From NCBI GenBank assembly GCA_963667785.2, contig CAXXMU010000002.1, forward strand, positions 896,001-960,000: a DNA stretch of 64,000 nucleotides, read 5' to 3'. Every line of letters starts with the position of its first letter. Positions within the stretch are counted from its first letter, which is position 1. Positions 10,537-20,561 of this stretch are shown here, piece by piece. This DNA is from Alphaproteobacteria bacterium. GTDB lineage: Bacteria > Pseudomonadota > Alphaproteobacteria > UBA828. The position numbers were made by a program, and so were the translations under genes. The notes under the pieces are model-generated. The model saw only the letters and a program-made list of their open reading frames with translations, had not been told where the DNA came from and did no database searches.

Positions 10537-11871
10537 ATGGCCGACAAGGGCATGAGCTGGCCAAGAGCACCGCTCTCGCGGCGGTCTTTCCTGAAAGGCA
10601 CGGCGGCAGGCGCCGCCGCTCTCGCCGCCGGCACCGGCGCCGGCGCGTTCGCCGGTCGCGCGCAGGCGTCGGACTGGTCCGGCGAGACCCTGCGCTTCAT
10701 GATCATCAATCCGCACGCGGGCTCCATCAAGCCGCTGTCGGAAGGCTTCACCGAGCTGACGGGTGCTGCGGTCGAAGGGGTAAAGGTCCCCTACGACCAG
10801 ATCACGGCGCAGTCGACTCTGGACGTGATGTCCGGCACCAACGAGATCGACGTCTTCCAGTACTGGTACGTCGACAAGGAAGCGCTGGTGCGTGACGGCG
10901 TGCTCGCCGACATCACCGATCGCATCGCGGCGGAGGAGGCCGACATCGACCCCGCCGACTTCCTGGGCTCGCTCTACGACGCCTACACCCTGGTGGACGG
11001 GCGCCGCTACGGCCTGCCCTATGACGGCGACACGCACGTCCTCTTCTACAACAAGGAGATCCTGGACCGGAACGGGCTGCAGCCGCCGGCGACGTGGGAC
11101 GAGTACAACGCCGTCGCCAAGGCGGTGACGGATGCGGAAGCGGCCAACGGCGTCTACGGCGCGCTGCTGATGTGCAAGCAGTTCCCCATCATCCTCTGCT
11201 CGACCTACGCGAACCGGCTGGGCGGCTACGGCGGCGACTTCCTCGACGCCAACGGCGCCCCGGCGTTGACGAGCGATGCCGCCATCGGCGCGGCGCAGAC
11301 GATGCTGGAGGCCGGACCCTCTGCGGTGCCGACGCCGCTCGAGACCGAGTTCGGCAACTCGATCCCCGTGTTCCTGAGCGGCGGCGCCGCCATGATCGAG
11401 TTCTGGACCGATCTCGGCACCTGGGCGCAGGACGCGAACCAGAGCCAGATCGTCGACAAGTGGGGCGTCGTGCCCATGCCGGTCGCCGGCAGCAACACGG
11501 TCAACCGCCCGGCGATGAACGCGGGCTGGTCCTTCGGCGTCTCGTCGGGCTCGCACAATCCCGAGATGGCGTGGGAGTTCGTGCGCATGTCGTCGAGCAA
11601 GGACTTCCACGTGCGCGTGCTCACCGACAACACCACCGGCGTCGACCCGACCCGGCGCTCGGCGATGCCCGCCTATCGCGACTTCGCCCCGCTGCAGGCG
11701 GACGCCGTGGAGCAGGCCATCGACGACGCCTTCCCCTGGCCGACCAAGCCGGAATCGCCCAAGCTCATGCAGACGCTCACCGACGAGCTCGGCCTGATGA
11801 TGGCCGGCGACAAGACCGTCGAGCAGGCCATGGGCGATGCCCAGGCCGCCTGGGAGGATATTCTCGGTTAG
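10537..11871 (+). CDS. Carbohydrate (CUT1) ABC substrate-binding protein with Tat signal
   Basis: LSRRSFLK Tat motif; YGLPYDG, LFYNKEIL, PPATWDE, FLSGGAAM. Confidence 0.92.
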   Translation: MADKGMSWPRAPLSRRSFLKGTAAGAAALAAGTGAGAFAGRAQASDWSGETLRFMIINPHAGSIKPLSEGFTELTGAAVEGVKVPYDQITAQSTLDVMSGTNEIDVFQYWYVDKEALVRDGVLADITDRIAAEEADIDPADFLGSLYDAYTLVDGRRYGLPYDGDTHVLFYNKEILDRNGLQPPATWDEYNAVAKAVTDAEAANGVYGALLMCKQFPIILCSTYANRLGGYGGDFLDANGAPALTSDAAIGAAQTMLEAGPSAVPTPLETEFGNSIPVFLSGGAAMIEFWTDLGTWAQDANQSQIVDKWGVVPMPVAGSNTVNRPAMNAGWSFGVSSGSHNPEMAWEFVRMSSSKDFHVRVLTDNTTGVDPTRRSAMPAYRDFAPLQADAVEQAIDDAFPWPTKPESPKLMQTLTDELGLMMAGDKTVEQAMGDAQAAWEDILG

Positions 11872-11939
11872 CCTGACCGTGGACCGGGCGGCCGCACGCG
11901 CAGGGAACACCCCCGCCGCGGCCGCCCCGTCTTCCCGTC

Positions 11940-12896
11940 ATGGCTGAGCCGGACTCCGCGCCGGCGCGCGCGCGGGCGGCAGTGGACGCGGGCGGTCGCA
12001 GGGCCGGCTTGCTCGCGCTCGACCGGCGGCGGCTGATCGGCTGGGCGGTGGTCATGCCGCTCGTCGGCGGCCTCGTCGTCTTCGCCGTCTATCCCTTCAT
12101 CTACCTGATCTTCCTCTCCTTCTCCGATTCCAACCTGGGCACGCTGTTCCGCGGCTGGGTCGGCGTCGAGCACTACACGGACTCCATCGGCCAGGCGAAG
12201 TTCACGAGCTCCCTGGTCCGCTCCATCGTCTTCGCGCTGATGACGACGCTGGTATCGGTCGTGCTCGGCGTTTGCGTGGCCCTTCTCCTCGACCGCGCGG
12301 TGAAGGGCCGGCAGATCCTGCGCACGCTCATCCTGCTGCCGCTGATGACTCCGCCGATCACCGTGGCCGTCATGTGGCAGCTTCTGCTAATGCCGAAGGG
12401 GGGGTGGCTCAACAGCTTCCTCATGGACATGGCGCTCTTCAGCCAGCCGGTGAGCTTTCTGGGCTCGCCCACCATGGCCTTCCCCTTCGTCTGCCTCGCG
12501 GACGTGTGGCAGTGGACGCCCTTCATCGCGCTGATGACCTACGCGGCGCTGCAGACCCTGCCCGAGGACATCTACGAGGCGGCCAGGCTCGACGGCGCGT
12601 CGGGGCCCGCGATGTTCTGGTCCATCACGCTGCCGATGCTGGCGCCGGCGCTGCTCGCCATCGCCGTGCTCAAGCTCGTCATCGCCTTCAAGGTCTTCGA
12701 CCTGGTCTTCGTGCTGACCGGCGGCGGGCCGGGGCAGGCGACCACGGTCTCGAGCTTCTACATCTACAGGGTCGCGATCCAGCAGTTCGACATCGGCGCG
12801 GCGGCGGCGCAGACGCTGATGTTCGCGGTGGTGGTGGGGCTCGTCACCATCCCCTTCACCACCGCCCACGACGTCGCCGAGAAGAGGCTCTCGTGA
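11940..12896 (+). CDS. Carbohydrate ABC permease (MalF/UgpA type)
   Basis: DVWQWTPF, IYEAARLDGA, FKVFDLVFVLTGGGPG. Confidence 0.93.
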   Translation: MAEPDSAPARARAAVDAGGRRAGLLALDRRRLIGWAVVMPLVGGLVVFAVYPFIYLIFLSFSDSNLGTLFRGWVGVEHYTDSIGQAKFTSSLVRSIVFALMTTLVSVVLGVCVALLLDRAVKGRQILRTLILLPLMTPPITVAVMWQLLLMPKGGWLNSFLMDMALFSQPVSFLGSPTMAFPFVCLADVWQWTPFIALMTYAALQTLPEDIYEAARLDGASGPAMFWSITLPMLAPALLAIAVLKLVIAFKVFDLVFVLTGGGPGQATTVSSFYIYRVAIQQFDIGAAAAQTLMFAVVVGLVTIPFTTAHDVAEKRLS

Positions 12897-13759
12897 GGAG
12901 CGCCCGCGCCAGCGCGGCCGACGGCGGCCGCTGGCTCTCGGAGGCGCCGGTCGACCTCTGGACGCTCGCGCGCTGGGCCGGCACCGCAGCCGTGGTGCTC
13001 TTCTTCATCTTCCCCATGATCTTCATGTTCATGGTCTCGCTGAAGACGCAGCCCGACATCGCGAGCGGCGGCTTCCTGCCCGAGGAGTGGTTCTGGCAGA
13101 ACTACCCCGACGCGTGGAACTCCGTCGCCGTCGGCACCTACCTGCGCAACTCCATCGTCGCGGCCGCGCTCGGCGCGCTGGTGACGCTGGTCATCGCCGT
13201 GCCGGCTACGCACGCCATCGTGCGCTACCGCATCGGCGGCAAGTTCCTGCCGGCCTTCATCCTCGCCACCTACGTGGCGCCGCCGATCGTGGCGCTCTTC
13301 CCCCTCTTCTTCCTGCTGCGCTCGATCGGGCTGGTGAACACGCTCTTCGGCATGGCGCTGGTCTACGGCGTGATGAACCTGCCGGTCGCCTTCTGGCTGC
13401 TGTCGAGCTTCGTACGCCGCCTGCCGGAGGAGCTCGAGGATGCCGCCCGCATCGACGGCGCGGGCTACGGCTCCGTGCTGCTGCGCGTCACCGTGCCGCT
13501 GCTCATGCCGGGCATCATCAGCACCGGGATCATCTGCCTGATCCTCGCCTACAACGAGTTCCTGCTGGCCTCGTTCCTGACGCGGAGCGAGAGCACGCAG
13601 ACCCTGCCGGTGGGCCTCTCGCTCTACCAGGGGGACCGGCAGCTCAGGTACGGCCAGATGTCGGTGGCCTCGCTCATCGGCATCGTGCCGGTCTACCTGC
13701 TGGCGATGTTCTTCCAGCGCTGGCTCATCCGCGGGCTCACCGCGGGAGGCACGAAGTAG
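12893..13759 (+). CDS. Carbohydrate ABC permease (MalG/UgpE type)
   Basis: ELEDAARIDGA, YNEFLLA, QTLPVG, ends RGLTAGGTK. GTG at 12893 overlaps the upstream stop (GTGA). Confidence 0.9.
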   Translation: MRSARASAADGGRWLSEAPVDLWTLARWAGTAAVVLFFIFPMIFMFMVSLKTQPDIASGGFLPEEWFWQNYPDAWNSVAVGTYLRNSIVAAALGALVTLVIAVPATHAIVRYRIGGKFLPAFILATYVAPPIVALFPLFFLLRSIGLVNTLFGMALVYGVMNLPVAFWLLSSFVRRLPEELEDAARIDGAGYGSVLLRVTVPLLMPGIISTGIICLILAYNEFLLASFLTRSESTQTLPVGLSLYQGDRQLRYGQMSVASLIGIVPVYLLAMFFQRWLIRGLTAGGTK

Positions 13760-13761
13760 CG

Positions 13762-14349
13762 ATGACCGCACCCGTCGAGATCGCGACCATGCTGCGCGGG
13801 CTGGTCGACGTGCTGCTGCCGGGCGACGGGCGCTTTCCCGCCGCCAGCGCCGCCGGCACCCATGGCGCGGTGGCGGAGCGGCTGCTGGCGCAGGTGGGCG
13901 ACAGCGCGCTCGACGACCTCGCGGCCGCTCTCGTCGACTGCGGCGGGCCGCTCGCGCCTCTCGACAAGGCGGGGCGTGAGGCGGTGGTGCGCCGCTTCGA
14001 GGAGACCCGCCCCGAGCAGTTCGAGACGCTCCGCATGGTGAGCGTCCTCGCCTACTACGAGAGCCCCGCCGTGGTGCGCGCCGTGCGCGCCCTCGGCCAT
14101 GACTACAACGACGCGCCGCAGCCCGCGGGCTACGCCATGGCGCCCTTCGACGAGCACGACCCGCAGCAGGCGCCCGCGCACCGGCGCGGGAGCTACGTCA
14201 GGACCGAGGACGTGACCCGTCTCGACCTCGCGCCGCTGCCGGCCGATCCGCTCGCGCCGGAGACCGTCACCGGCGACGACGCGGTGGCGAGCGGCCGCGG
14301 CGCCATCGCCAGGGGCGCGGGCAGCCGGCCGGCAAGCGAGCGGACATAG
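13762..14349 (+). CDS. Gluconate 2-dehydrogenase subunit-3-like small subunit of a GMC dehydrogenase
   Basis: LVDVLLPGDGRFPAASAAG, FETLRMVSVLAYYESP, PQPAGY; lies in the operon with a GMC gene. Start ATG 13762 just after the permease stop. Confidence 0.75.
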   Translation: MTAPVEIATMLRGLVDVLLPGDGRFPAASAAGTHGAVAERLLAQVGDSALDDLAAALVDCGGPLAPLDKAGREAVVRRFEETRPEQFETLRMVSVLAYYESPAVVRAVRALGHDYNDAPQPAGYAMAPFDEHDPQQAPAHRRGSYVRTEDVTRLDLAPLPADPLAPETVTGDDAVASGRGAIARGAGSRPASERT

Positions 14350-14370
14350 GGCCGGGAGCAGGGACGAACC

Positions 14371-15450
14371 ATGGCCAGCGTCGAGATCAGGAACGTCTAC
14401 AAGTCCTTCGGGCCCGTCGAGGTGATCCACGGCATCGACGTCGACATCGCCGACAAGGAGCTGGTCGTGCTGGTGGGGCCGTCGGGCTGCGGCAAGTCGA
14501 CGCTGCTCAGGATGATCGCCGGCCTCGAGGACATCACCGCCGGCGAGATCGCCATCGGCGAGAGGGTCGTCAACCGGGTCCCGGCCAAGGATCGGAACAT
14601 CGCCATGGTGTTCCAGTCCTACGCGCTCTATCCGCACATGACCGTCTACCGCAACATGTCCTTCGGCCTGCGCATGCGGAAGATCCCGAAGGACGAGCAG
14701 GATCGCCGCATCGCCTGGGCGGCGGAGATCCTGGAACTCACGGACTACCTCAAGCGCTATCCCCGCCAGCTCTCGGGCGGGCAGAGGCAGCGCGTCGCCA
14801 TGGGGCGCGCCCTGGTGCGCGAGCCCATCGCCTTCCTCTTCGACGAGCCGCTCTCGAACCTCGACGCCCAGCTCCGCGTGCAGATGCGGACCGAGATCCG
14901 CGAGCTGCACCAGCGGCTGCAGACCACCATGATCTACGTCACCCACGATCAGGTGGAGGCCATGACGCTCGCCGACCGCATCGTCGTCATGCGCGACGGC
15001 TACATCGAGCAGATCGGCGCGCCCGCGCACGTCTACGACCGGCCGGCCAACACCTTCGTCGCGGGCTTCATCGGCTCGCCGCAGATGAACCTGCTGCCCG
15101 GCACGCTCGGCGCGGACGGCGGCATCGCGCTGGAGGGCGGCGTCACCGTGCGCCCGGATGGCGGCCTGCCGGCGGAGCCCGGCCGGGCCGTCCTCTACGG
15201 CATCCGGCCGGAGGACCTCCGCCTCGTCGGCGAGGGCGAGGGCTTCGCGCTCACGCTCGACGTGGTCGAGACCACCGGCCGCGAGATCGAGCTGTTCGGC
15301 ACCCTCGGCGCGCGGCGACTCTGCGTGCTGCTGCAGGCGCGCGCCTCCGTCCGCCCCGGCGAGACCGTGTGGATCAGCCCCGACCCGGCGCGCGCCCACA
15401 TCTTCGACGCGGAAACCGGCGTTCGCCTGGACGCCGCCGGTACGGCCTGA
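14371..15450 (+). CDS. Carbohydrate ABC ATP-binding protein (MalK/UgpC type)
   Basis: [43 protein letters not shown]-terminal TOBE-like region. Confidence 0.95.
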   Translation: MASVEIRNVYKSFGPVEVIHGIDVDIADKELVVLVGPSGCGKSTLLRMIAGLEDITAGEIAIGERVVNRVPAKDRNIAMVFQSYALYPHMTVYRNMSFGLRMRKIPKDEQDRRIAWAAEILELTDYLKRYPRQLSGGQRQRVAMGRALVREPIAFLFDEPLSNLDAQLRVQMRTEIRELHQRLQTTMIYVTHDQVEAMTLADRIVVMRDGYIEQIGAPAHVYDRPANTFVAGFIGSPQMNLLPGTLGADGGIALEGGVTVRPDGGLPAEPGRAVLYGIRPEDLRLVGEGEGFALTLDVVETTGREIELFGTLGARRLCVLLQARASVRPGETVWISPDPARAHIFDAETGVRLDAAGTA

Positions 15451-15460
15451 GGCCCGCGCC

Positions 15461-17116
15461 GTGGCGACACGGACGAAGAACGAGCACGCCGACGTCGTCG
15501 TCGTCGGCTCCGGCCCCGGCGGCGTGATCCCGGCCCTGGTGCTGGCGCGGAAAGGGCTCCGCGTGGTCTGCCTCGAGCAGGGCTCGTGGTTCCCGCCGTC
15601 CGCGCGTCCCCATCACGGCCGCGACTGGGAGTGGCGGCGCGCCACCGACTGGGCGATCGCCGTCAACGTGCGCGCGCACCCGCACGACTATCCGGTGGAC
15701 ACCGAGGACGAGACGACGCTGATGTGGAACGGCGTCGGCGGCTCCACCGGCATCTACACCGCCACCTGGCCGCGCTACCGGCCGTCAGACTTCCGCAAGG
15801 GCACCGAGCACGGCCTCGCGCCGGACTGGCCGATCGCCTACGAGGACCTGGCGCCCTACTTCGAGATGGCGGACGAGGCCTGCGGCGTCTCCGGCTGGGC
15901 GGGCGATCCCGCCATGCCGCCGCGCGGCCCCTTCCAGACCCGCCCCGGCCCGCGCGGGGCCATGGGCGCGGTCGTCGCGCGCGGCTTCGATGCGCTCGGC
16001 TGGCACTGGTGGCCCATGCCGTGCGCCATCCTGGCGGAGGGCTACGACGGCCGCCTCGCCTGCAACAACTGCGGCGCCTGCCAGAGCGGGTGCCCGCGCG
16101 GCTCGCTCAACGACATGGCGGTGACCCACTGGCCGAGGGCGCTTGCCGCAGGCGTCGAGCTCAGGACCGACAGCCGGGTCGAGCGGATCGAGACCGATGC
16201 CGCGGGCCGCGCCACCGGGGTCGTCTACGTCGAGCGCAACACCGGCGTCCGCCACCACCAGACGGCTGACGTGGTGATCCTCGCCGCCAACGGAGTCGGC
16301 ACGCCGCGCCTGCTGCTGCTCTCGGAGAGCGCGGCGCACCCGAAGGGCCTCGCCAACCGCTCCGACCAAGTGGGCCGCAACCTGATGCACCACACCCTCG
16401 GCATGGTGGAGTGCTGGGTCGACGCGCCGACGGAAGCGCACAAGGGGCTGATCTCTGCCATCGCGATCTGCGAGGAGTTCGCGGAGAGCGACACGTCGCG
16501 CGGCTTCGTCAACGGCTTCACGCTGCACATCGTCCGCCAGAACGGCGCCGGCTATCAGGCGCTGGGCTCGCACTCCGGCAACGCCGCGCCTTGGGGGGCG
16601 GCGCACCATGCCTGGTTCGCCCGGCACTTCGGGCACGGCATCGGCATCCTGATCGTGGGCGACGACCTGCCGCGGCCCGGAAACCGCGTCACCCTTTCCG
16701 ACGACGTGGTCGATTCCTCGGGCCTGCCGGCGCCCCGCATCGCCTACGGCATGTGCGAGAACGACGGCAGGCTCGCGCGCTTCGGCATCGACCGCGCGGT
16801 GGAGCTGGCAGGCGCCATGGACGCCTGGGACATCAAGGTCAATCCCTTCCGCGATGCGAGCGGCGTCTACGCCCCGCCCGCCTGGCACCTGCTCGGCACC
16901 GCGCGCATGGGCGCCGACCCGGAGACCTCCGTCGTCACCAAGTGGCACCAGAGCTGGGACTGCCCCAACCTCTACATCACCGACGGGTCCGTCATGGCCA
17001 CCGGCGCCGCGATCAATCCGACCAGCACGATCTCGGCGCTGGCCTACCGCGCCGCCCACCGCCTCGCCGACAATTTCGCCGACGCCCGCCGGGCGCAGGG
17101 CCCGCTGCTGGAGTAG
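15461..17116 (+). CDS. GMC family FAD oxidoreductase with Cys-rich Fe-S motif
   Basis: VVVGSGPGG, VGGST, WPIAYEDLAPYF, CNNCGACQSGCP, VGRNLMHH, HLLGTARMG, NPTSTI. GTG start at 15461. Confidence 0.92.
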   Translation: MATRTKNEHADVVVVGSGPGGVIPALVLARKGLRVVCLEQGSWFPPSARPHHGRDWEWRRATDWAIAVNVRAHPHDYPVDTEDETTLMWNGVGGSTGIYTATWPRYRPSDFRKGTEHGLAPDWPIAYEDLAPYFEMADEACGVSGWAGDPAMPPRGPFQTRPGPRGAMGAVVARGFDALGWHWWPMPCAILAEGYDGRLACNNCGACQSGCPRGSLNDMAVTHWPRALAAGVELRTDSRVERIETDAAGRATGVVYVERNTGVRHHQTADVVILAANGVGTPRLLLLSESAAHPKGLANRSDQVGRNLMHHTLGMVECWVDAPTEAHKGLISAIAICEEFAESDTSRGFVNGFTLHIVRQNGAGYQALGSHSGNAAPWGAAHHAWFARHFGHGIGILIVGDDLPRPGNRVTLSDDVVDSSGLPAPRIAYGMCENDGRLARFGIDRAVELAGAMDAWDIKVNPFRDASGVYAPPAWHLLGTARMGADPETSVVTKWHQSWDCPNLYITDGSVMATGAAINPTSTISALAYRAAHRLADNFADARRAQGPLLE

Positions 17117-17133
17117 GCCTCCGCCCGGCCCTC

Positions 17134-17928
17134 CTACTGCGCGGTCCAGCCGCCGTCGATCAGGAGGCTCGTGCCGGTGATCAGGCTGGCCGCGTCGCTC
17201 GCGAGGAAGACCACCGCCCCCATCACGTCGGGCAGCTCGCCGAGGCGGCCGAGGGCGATGCGGCTCATCGTGTCCTCCCGGAAGACCGGGTCGTCGAGGA
17301 AGGGCCGCGTCATCGGCGTCGATATGAAGGTGGGCGCGATGGCGTTGACCCGGATGCGGTGGGGCGCGAGGTCCATCGCCATCGCCTTGGTCATGCCCTC
17401 GACGGCGTGCTTGGTGGCGCAGTAGACCGTGCGCCTCGGCCCGCCGACATGGCCCATCTGCGAGGACATGTTGATGATGACGCCGCCCCGCCCCGCCGCC
17501 ACCATCTCGCGGGCGGCGGCCTGGGCGCAGAAGTAGGCGCCGCGCACGTTGATGTCCATGACGGCGTCGAAGTCGGCCACCGTCACGTCGAGGAGGGGCG
17601 CCGGGCGGTTGCCGCCGGCGTTGTTGACGAGAGTATCGACCGGCCCGAGCGCAGCCAGCGCCGCCGCCGTCCGCTCCACATCGGCGATGTCGAGCGGCAG
17701 CGTCTCCGCAGAGCCGCCCGCCGACGCGATCTCGTCCGCCACCCGCTCGAGCGCATCCCGGCCCCGCGCCGCGAGCACCACGTGGGCGCCGGCCTCGGCG
17801 AGCGCCGCGGCGCAGGCGCGGCCGAGGCCGCGGCTCGCGCCGGTGACCAGCGCCCGCCTGCCGTCGAGCCGGAACGACGGCGTTCGCGGCAGGGCGTCGT
17901 CGGCCGTACCGGCGCCGGAATCAGGCAA
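17134..17928 (-). CDS. Short-chain dehydrogenase/reductase (SDR)
   Basis: [31 protein letters not shown]; overlaps the stop of the HisD-like gene. Confidence 0.92.
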   Translation of the reverse strand: MPDSGAGTADDALPRTPSFRLDGRRALVTGASRGLGRACAAALAEAGAHVVLAARGRDALERVADEIASAGGSAETLPLDIADVERTAAALAALGPVDTLVNNAGGNRPAPLLDVTVADFDAVMDINVRGAYFCAQAAAREMVAAGRGGVIINMSSQMGHVGGPRRTVYCATKHAVEGMTKAMAMDLAPHRIRVNAIAPTFISTPMTRPFLDDPVFREDTMSRIALGRLGELPDVMGAVVFLASDAASLITGTSLLIDGGWTAQ

Positions 17929-19210
17929 GGTTCCTGCCGCCGTAACGGCGCACGCGGATGTCCGCCTGCTCCTTGTGCCCGGCGAATCCCTCCAGCGCGC
18001 AGAGGCGGGAGCAGTACTCGCCCACCATGGCGGAGGCCTCGTCGGTCAGCACCCGCTGGTAGGTGCAGGTCTTGAGGAACATGCCGACCCAGAGGCCGCC
18101 GGTGTAGCGCGCGGCCCGGCGCGTCGGCAGGGTGTGGTTGGTGCCGATCACCTTGTCGCCGTAGGAGACGTTGGTGCGGGGCCCGAGAAAGAGCGCGCCG
18201 TAGTTGGTCATGCGCGCGAGGAACCAGTCCGGGTCCCCGGTCATCACCTGCACGTGCTCGGCGGCGATCTCGTCCGCCACCGCCACCATCTCGTCGAGCG
18301 ACTCGCAGACGATCACCTGGCCGTAGTCGCGCCAGGCCTGGCCCGCGATCCCGGCCGTCGGCAGGACGGTGAGCTGGCGCTCGACCTCGGCCATGGTCTC
18401 GCGCGCGAGCCTCTCGGAGTTCGTCAGCAGCGTCGCCGGCGAGGTGGGGCCGTGCTCGGCCTGGCCGAGAAGGTCGGCGGCGCAGAGCTCGCCGTCCACG
18501 CTCTCGTCGGCGATCACCAGGGTCTCGGTGGGGCCCGCCAGCAGGTCGATGCCGACGCGGCCGAAGAGCTGGCGCTTGGCCTCAGCCACGAAGGCGTTGC
18601 CGGGGCCCACCAGCATGTCGACCGGCGCGATGCTGCCGGTCCCCAGCGCCATCGCGCCCACCGCCTGGATGCCGCCGATGACGTAGATCTCGTCGGCGCC
18701 CGCGAGGTGCTGGGCGGCGACGATGGCCGGCGCGGGCCCGCCCTCGAAGGGCGGCGCGCAGGTGGCGATGCGCTCGACGCCCGCCACCTTCGCCGTCACC
18801 ACCGACATGTGGGCGGACGCCAGCAGCGGATACTTGCCGCCGGGCACGTAGCAGCCGACAGCGTTCACGGGGATGTTCCTGTGGCCGAGCACCACGCCGG
18901 GCAGGGTCTCGACCTCGACGTCCTGCAGCGCGTCCCTCTGGACCTGCGCGAAGTTCCGGATCTGCTCCTGCGCGAACAGGATGTCGTCCCTGTCCTGCCC
19001 CGTGAGCCGGGCGAGGCAGGCCTCGATCTCGCCCGCGCTCAGCCGGAAGTCCTCGCGCTCCCAGTTGTCGAACTTGAGCGACATCTCGCGCACCGCCGCA
19101 TCGCCCCGGCTCGCGATGTCGTTCAACGCGTCCTCCACGACGCGGCGGACCTTCTCGTCCGCCGCCGCCGCCTCGGCATCGCTGATGCCGGTCTTCAGGT
19201 ATCGAGGCAT
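17921..19210 (-). CDS. Histidinol dehydrogenase paralog (HpsN/sulfopropanediol 3-dehydrogenase-like)
   Basis: [46 protein letters not shown] (HisD typically reads GDYxxGxNHVLPT); no his-operon context. Start MPRYLK at 19210. Confidence 0.85.
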   Translation of the reverse strand: MPRYLKTGISDAEAAAADEKVRRVVEDALNDIASRGDAAVREMSLKFDNWEREDFRLSAGEIEACLARLTGQDRDDILFAQEQIRNFAQVQRDALQDVEVETLPGVVLGHRNIPVNAVGCYVPGGKYPLLASAHMSVVTAKVAGVERIATCAPPFEGGPAPAIVAAQHLAGADEIYVIGGIQAVGAMALGTGSIAPVDMLVGPGNAFVAEAKRQLFGRVGIDLLAGPTETLVIADESVDGELCAADLLGQAEHGPTSPATLLTNSERLARETMAEVERQLTVLPTAGIAGQAWRDYGQVIVCESLDEMVAVADEIAAEHVQVMTGDPDWFLARMTNYGALFLGPRTNVSYGDKVIGTNHTLPTRRAARYTGGLWVGMFLKTCTYQRVLTDEASAMVGEYCSRLCALEGFAGHKEQADIRVRRYGGRNLA

Positions 19211-19244
19211 CGGGATTTCCGCTCCCTGTTGCGCCGCGGGGCCT

Positions 19245-19529
19245 TCAGGTCTCGACCGTGACCCCGCGCCAGAAGGCGACATGGTCGCGGATGTTCGCGG
19301 CGGCCGGTTTGGGGTCGGGGTAGTACCAGGCGGCGTCGGCGTTGCGCTCGCCCGCGATCTCGATGGTCCAGTAGTGCGCCGTGCCCTTCCAGCCGCAGAC
19401 GGTCGTCGTCTCGCTGGGGCTGAGGAACGCCTGCCTCACCGAGCCCGGCGGGAAGTAGAGGTTGCCCTCGACGGTCTCGCAGTCGTCGCTCTCGGCGATG
19501 ATCTGCCCTCGCCAGATCGCGCGCGCCAT
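19245..19529 (-). CDS. DUF427 family protein
   Basis: [36 protein letters not shown]. Confidence 0.9.
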   Translation of the reverse strand: MARAIWRGQIIAESDDCETVEGNLYFPPGSVRQAFLSPSETTTVCGWKGTAHYWTIEIAGERNADAAWYYPDPKPAAANIRDHVAFWRGVTVET

Positions 19530-19542
19530 GGTGCGCCCGCGA

Positions 19543-19860
19543 TCAGGCCGCGGTGGAGATCGCGCCCATGTCGTTGTCGACGATCACCGGCGATTCGAAG
19601 TACTCGATCTCGGGCTCGACGCCCAGGCGCTCGCGTATACCGGCCCGCCAGGCCGCGTCATAGAGGCGCTCGGCATCCTCTCGCGACTCGAAGAGATAGA
19701 CGCCGCCGCCGGTCCGGCCGTCCTCGGACAGGAGATAGTATTTCCGGATCAGGCCCTGGACGCCCTGGTAGAGCGGCGCGGACGCCTCGAACGCGGCCCT
19801 GGCCGCCTCGCGCGTCTTGTCCTCGGGCAGCGCGAAACGGACGATTGCGGTTACCGCCAT
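19543..19860 (-). CDS. YdhR-family putative monooxygenase (ferredoxin-like fold)
   Basis: GLIRKYYL...GGGVYLFESREDAE, YFESPVIVDN. Confidence 0.78.
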   Translation of the reverse strand: MAVTAIVRFALPEDKTREAARAAFEASAPLYQGVQGLIRKYYLLSEDGRTGGGVYLFESREDAERLYDAAWRAGIRERLGVEPEIEYFESPVIVDNDMGAISTAA

Positions 19861-19957
19861 GGTTCAGCCTCCTCGGTTCGCCATTCCGTCCCCAGAATAC
19901 CGCCCGCACCCCACGGGGTCATCAGACGCGGTGGGCGACCGCCCCCGCCCCATGCCG

Positions 19958-20251
19958 TCATTCGACGCCCTCGGTCACCCGGAAGTCGCGCTCGACCGCG
20001 CCTTCGAGCTTCGCGGCCGCGGCCTGGTAGGCGGAACCCTTGTAGGTGGCGAGCGCCTGTTCGAAGCTCGGGAACTCGACGACGACGGTGCGCTCGACAA
20101 TGCCGGCACCGAAGGCCTGGACCCGGCCGCCGCGCGCCAGGAACGTGCCGCCACCGGCCAGGATCGCGGGCCTTGCGAGCTTGGCGTACTCCGCGAGCGC
20201 GTCGGGATCCTTGATCTCCCGATAACAGCTTACCCAGTAACCCTTCGCCAT
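19958..20251 (-). CDS. DUF1330 family protein
   Basis: MAKGYWV, GGTFLARGG, RTVVVEFPS, YQAA, RVTEG. RBS AGGAGG. Confidence 0.88.
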   Translation of the reverse strand: MAKGYWVSCYREIKDPDALAEYAKLARPAILAGGGTFLARGGRVQAFGAGIVERTVVVEFPSFEQALATYKGSAYQAAAAKLEGAVERDFRVTEGVE

Positions 20252-20382
20252 TCCGTCCTCCTTCTGGTCGTGCGACCGACGCCCTCCGGGTCGTCGGCGC
20301 ATCGACAGCCTAATGTCCCGTTTCCAAAGTTCATACGGCCTAGCTAGTAGGTGATCTCACCGATCCCGCCCCTCCCACAAGT

Positions 20383-20477
20383 CGTCATGCCCGGGCTTGT
20401 TCCGGGCATCTTTCTCGGCAAGGCCCACCCGTCGCCGGGCAAGGGCGTGGATGCCCGGAACAAGCCCGGGCATGACG
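20383..20477. repeat. Palindromic intergenic repeat (REP/RIME-like), copy 1
   Basis: CGTCATGCCCGGGCTTGTTCCGGGCATC ... GATGCCCGGAACAAGCCCGGGCATGACG: 28-bp terminal inverted arms with a unique centre. Confidence 0.88.
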
Positions 20478-20561
20478 GCAGGGGGGGAGAGCACGGACGA
20501 CTCCATGCGCGCGACCGGCCGTACTAAGATGCACGCACGCCTCGGCCGGGCGGAGGGGAGC

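Noticed and set aside
17921-19210. Calling the gene biosynthetic hisD
   Set aside because: GDKVIGTNH variant motif, SDR neighbour and no other his genes point to the catabolic paralog group.
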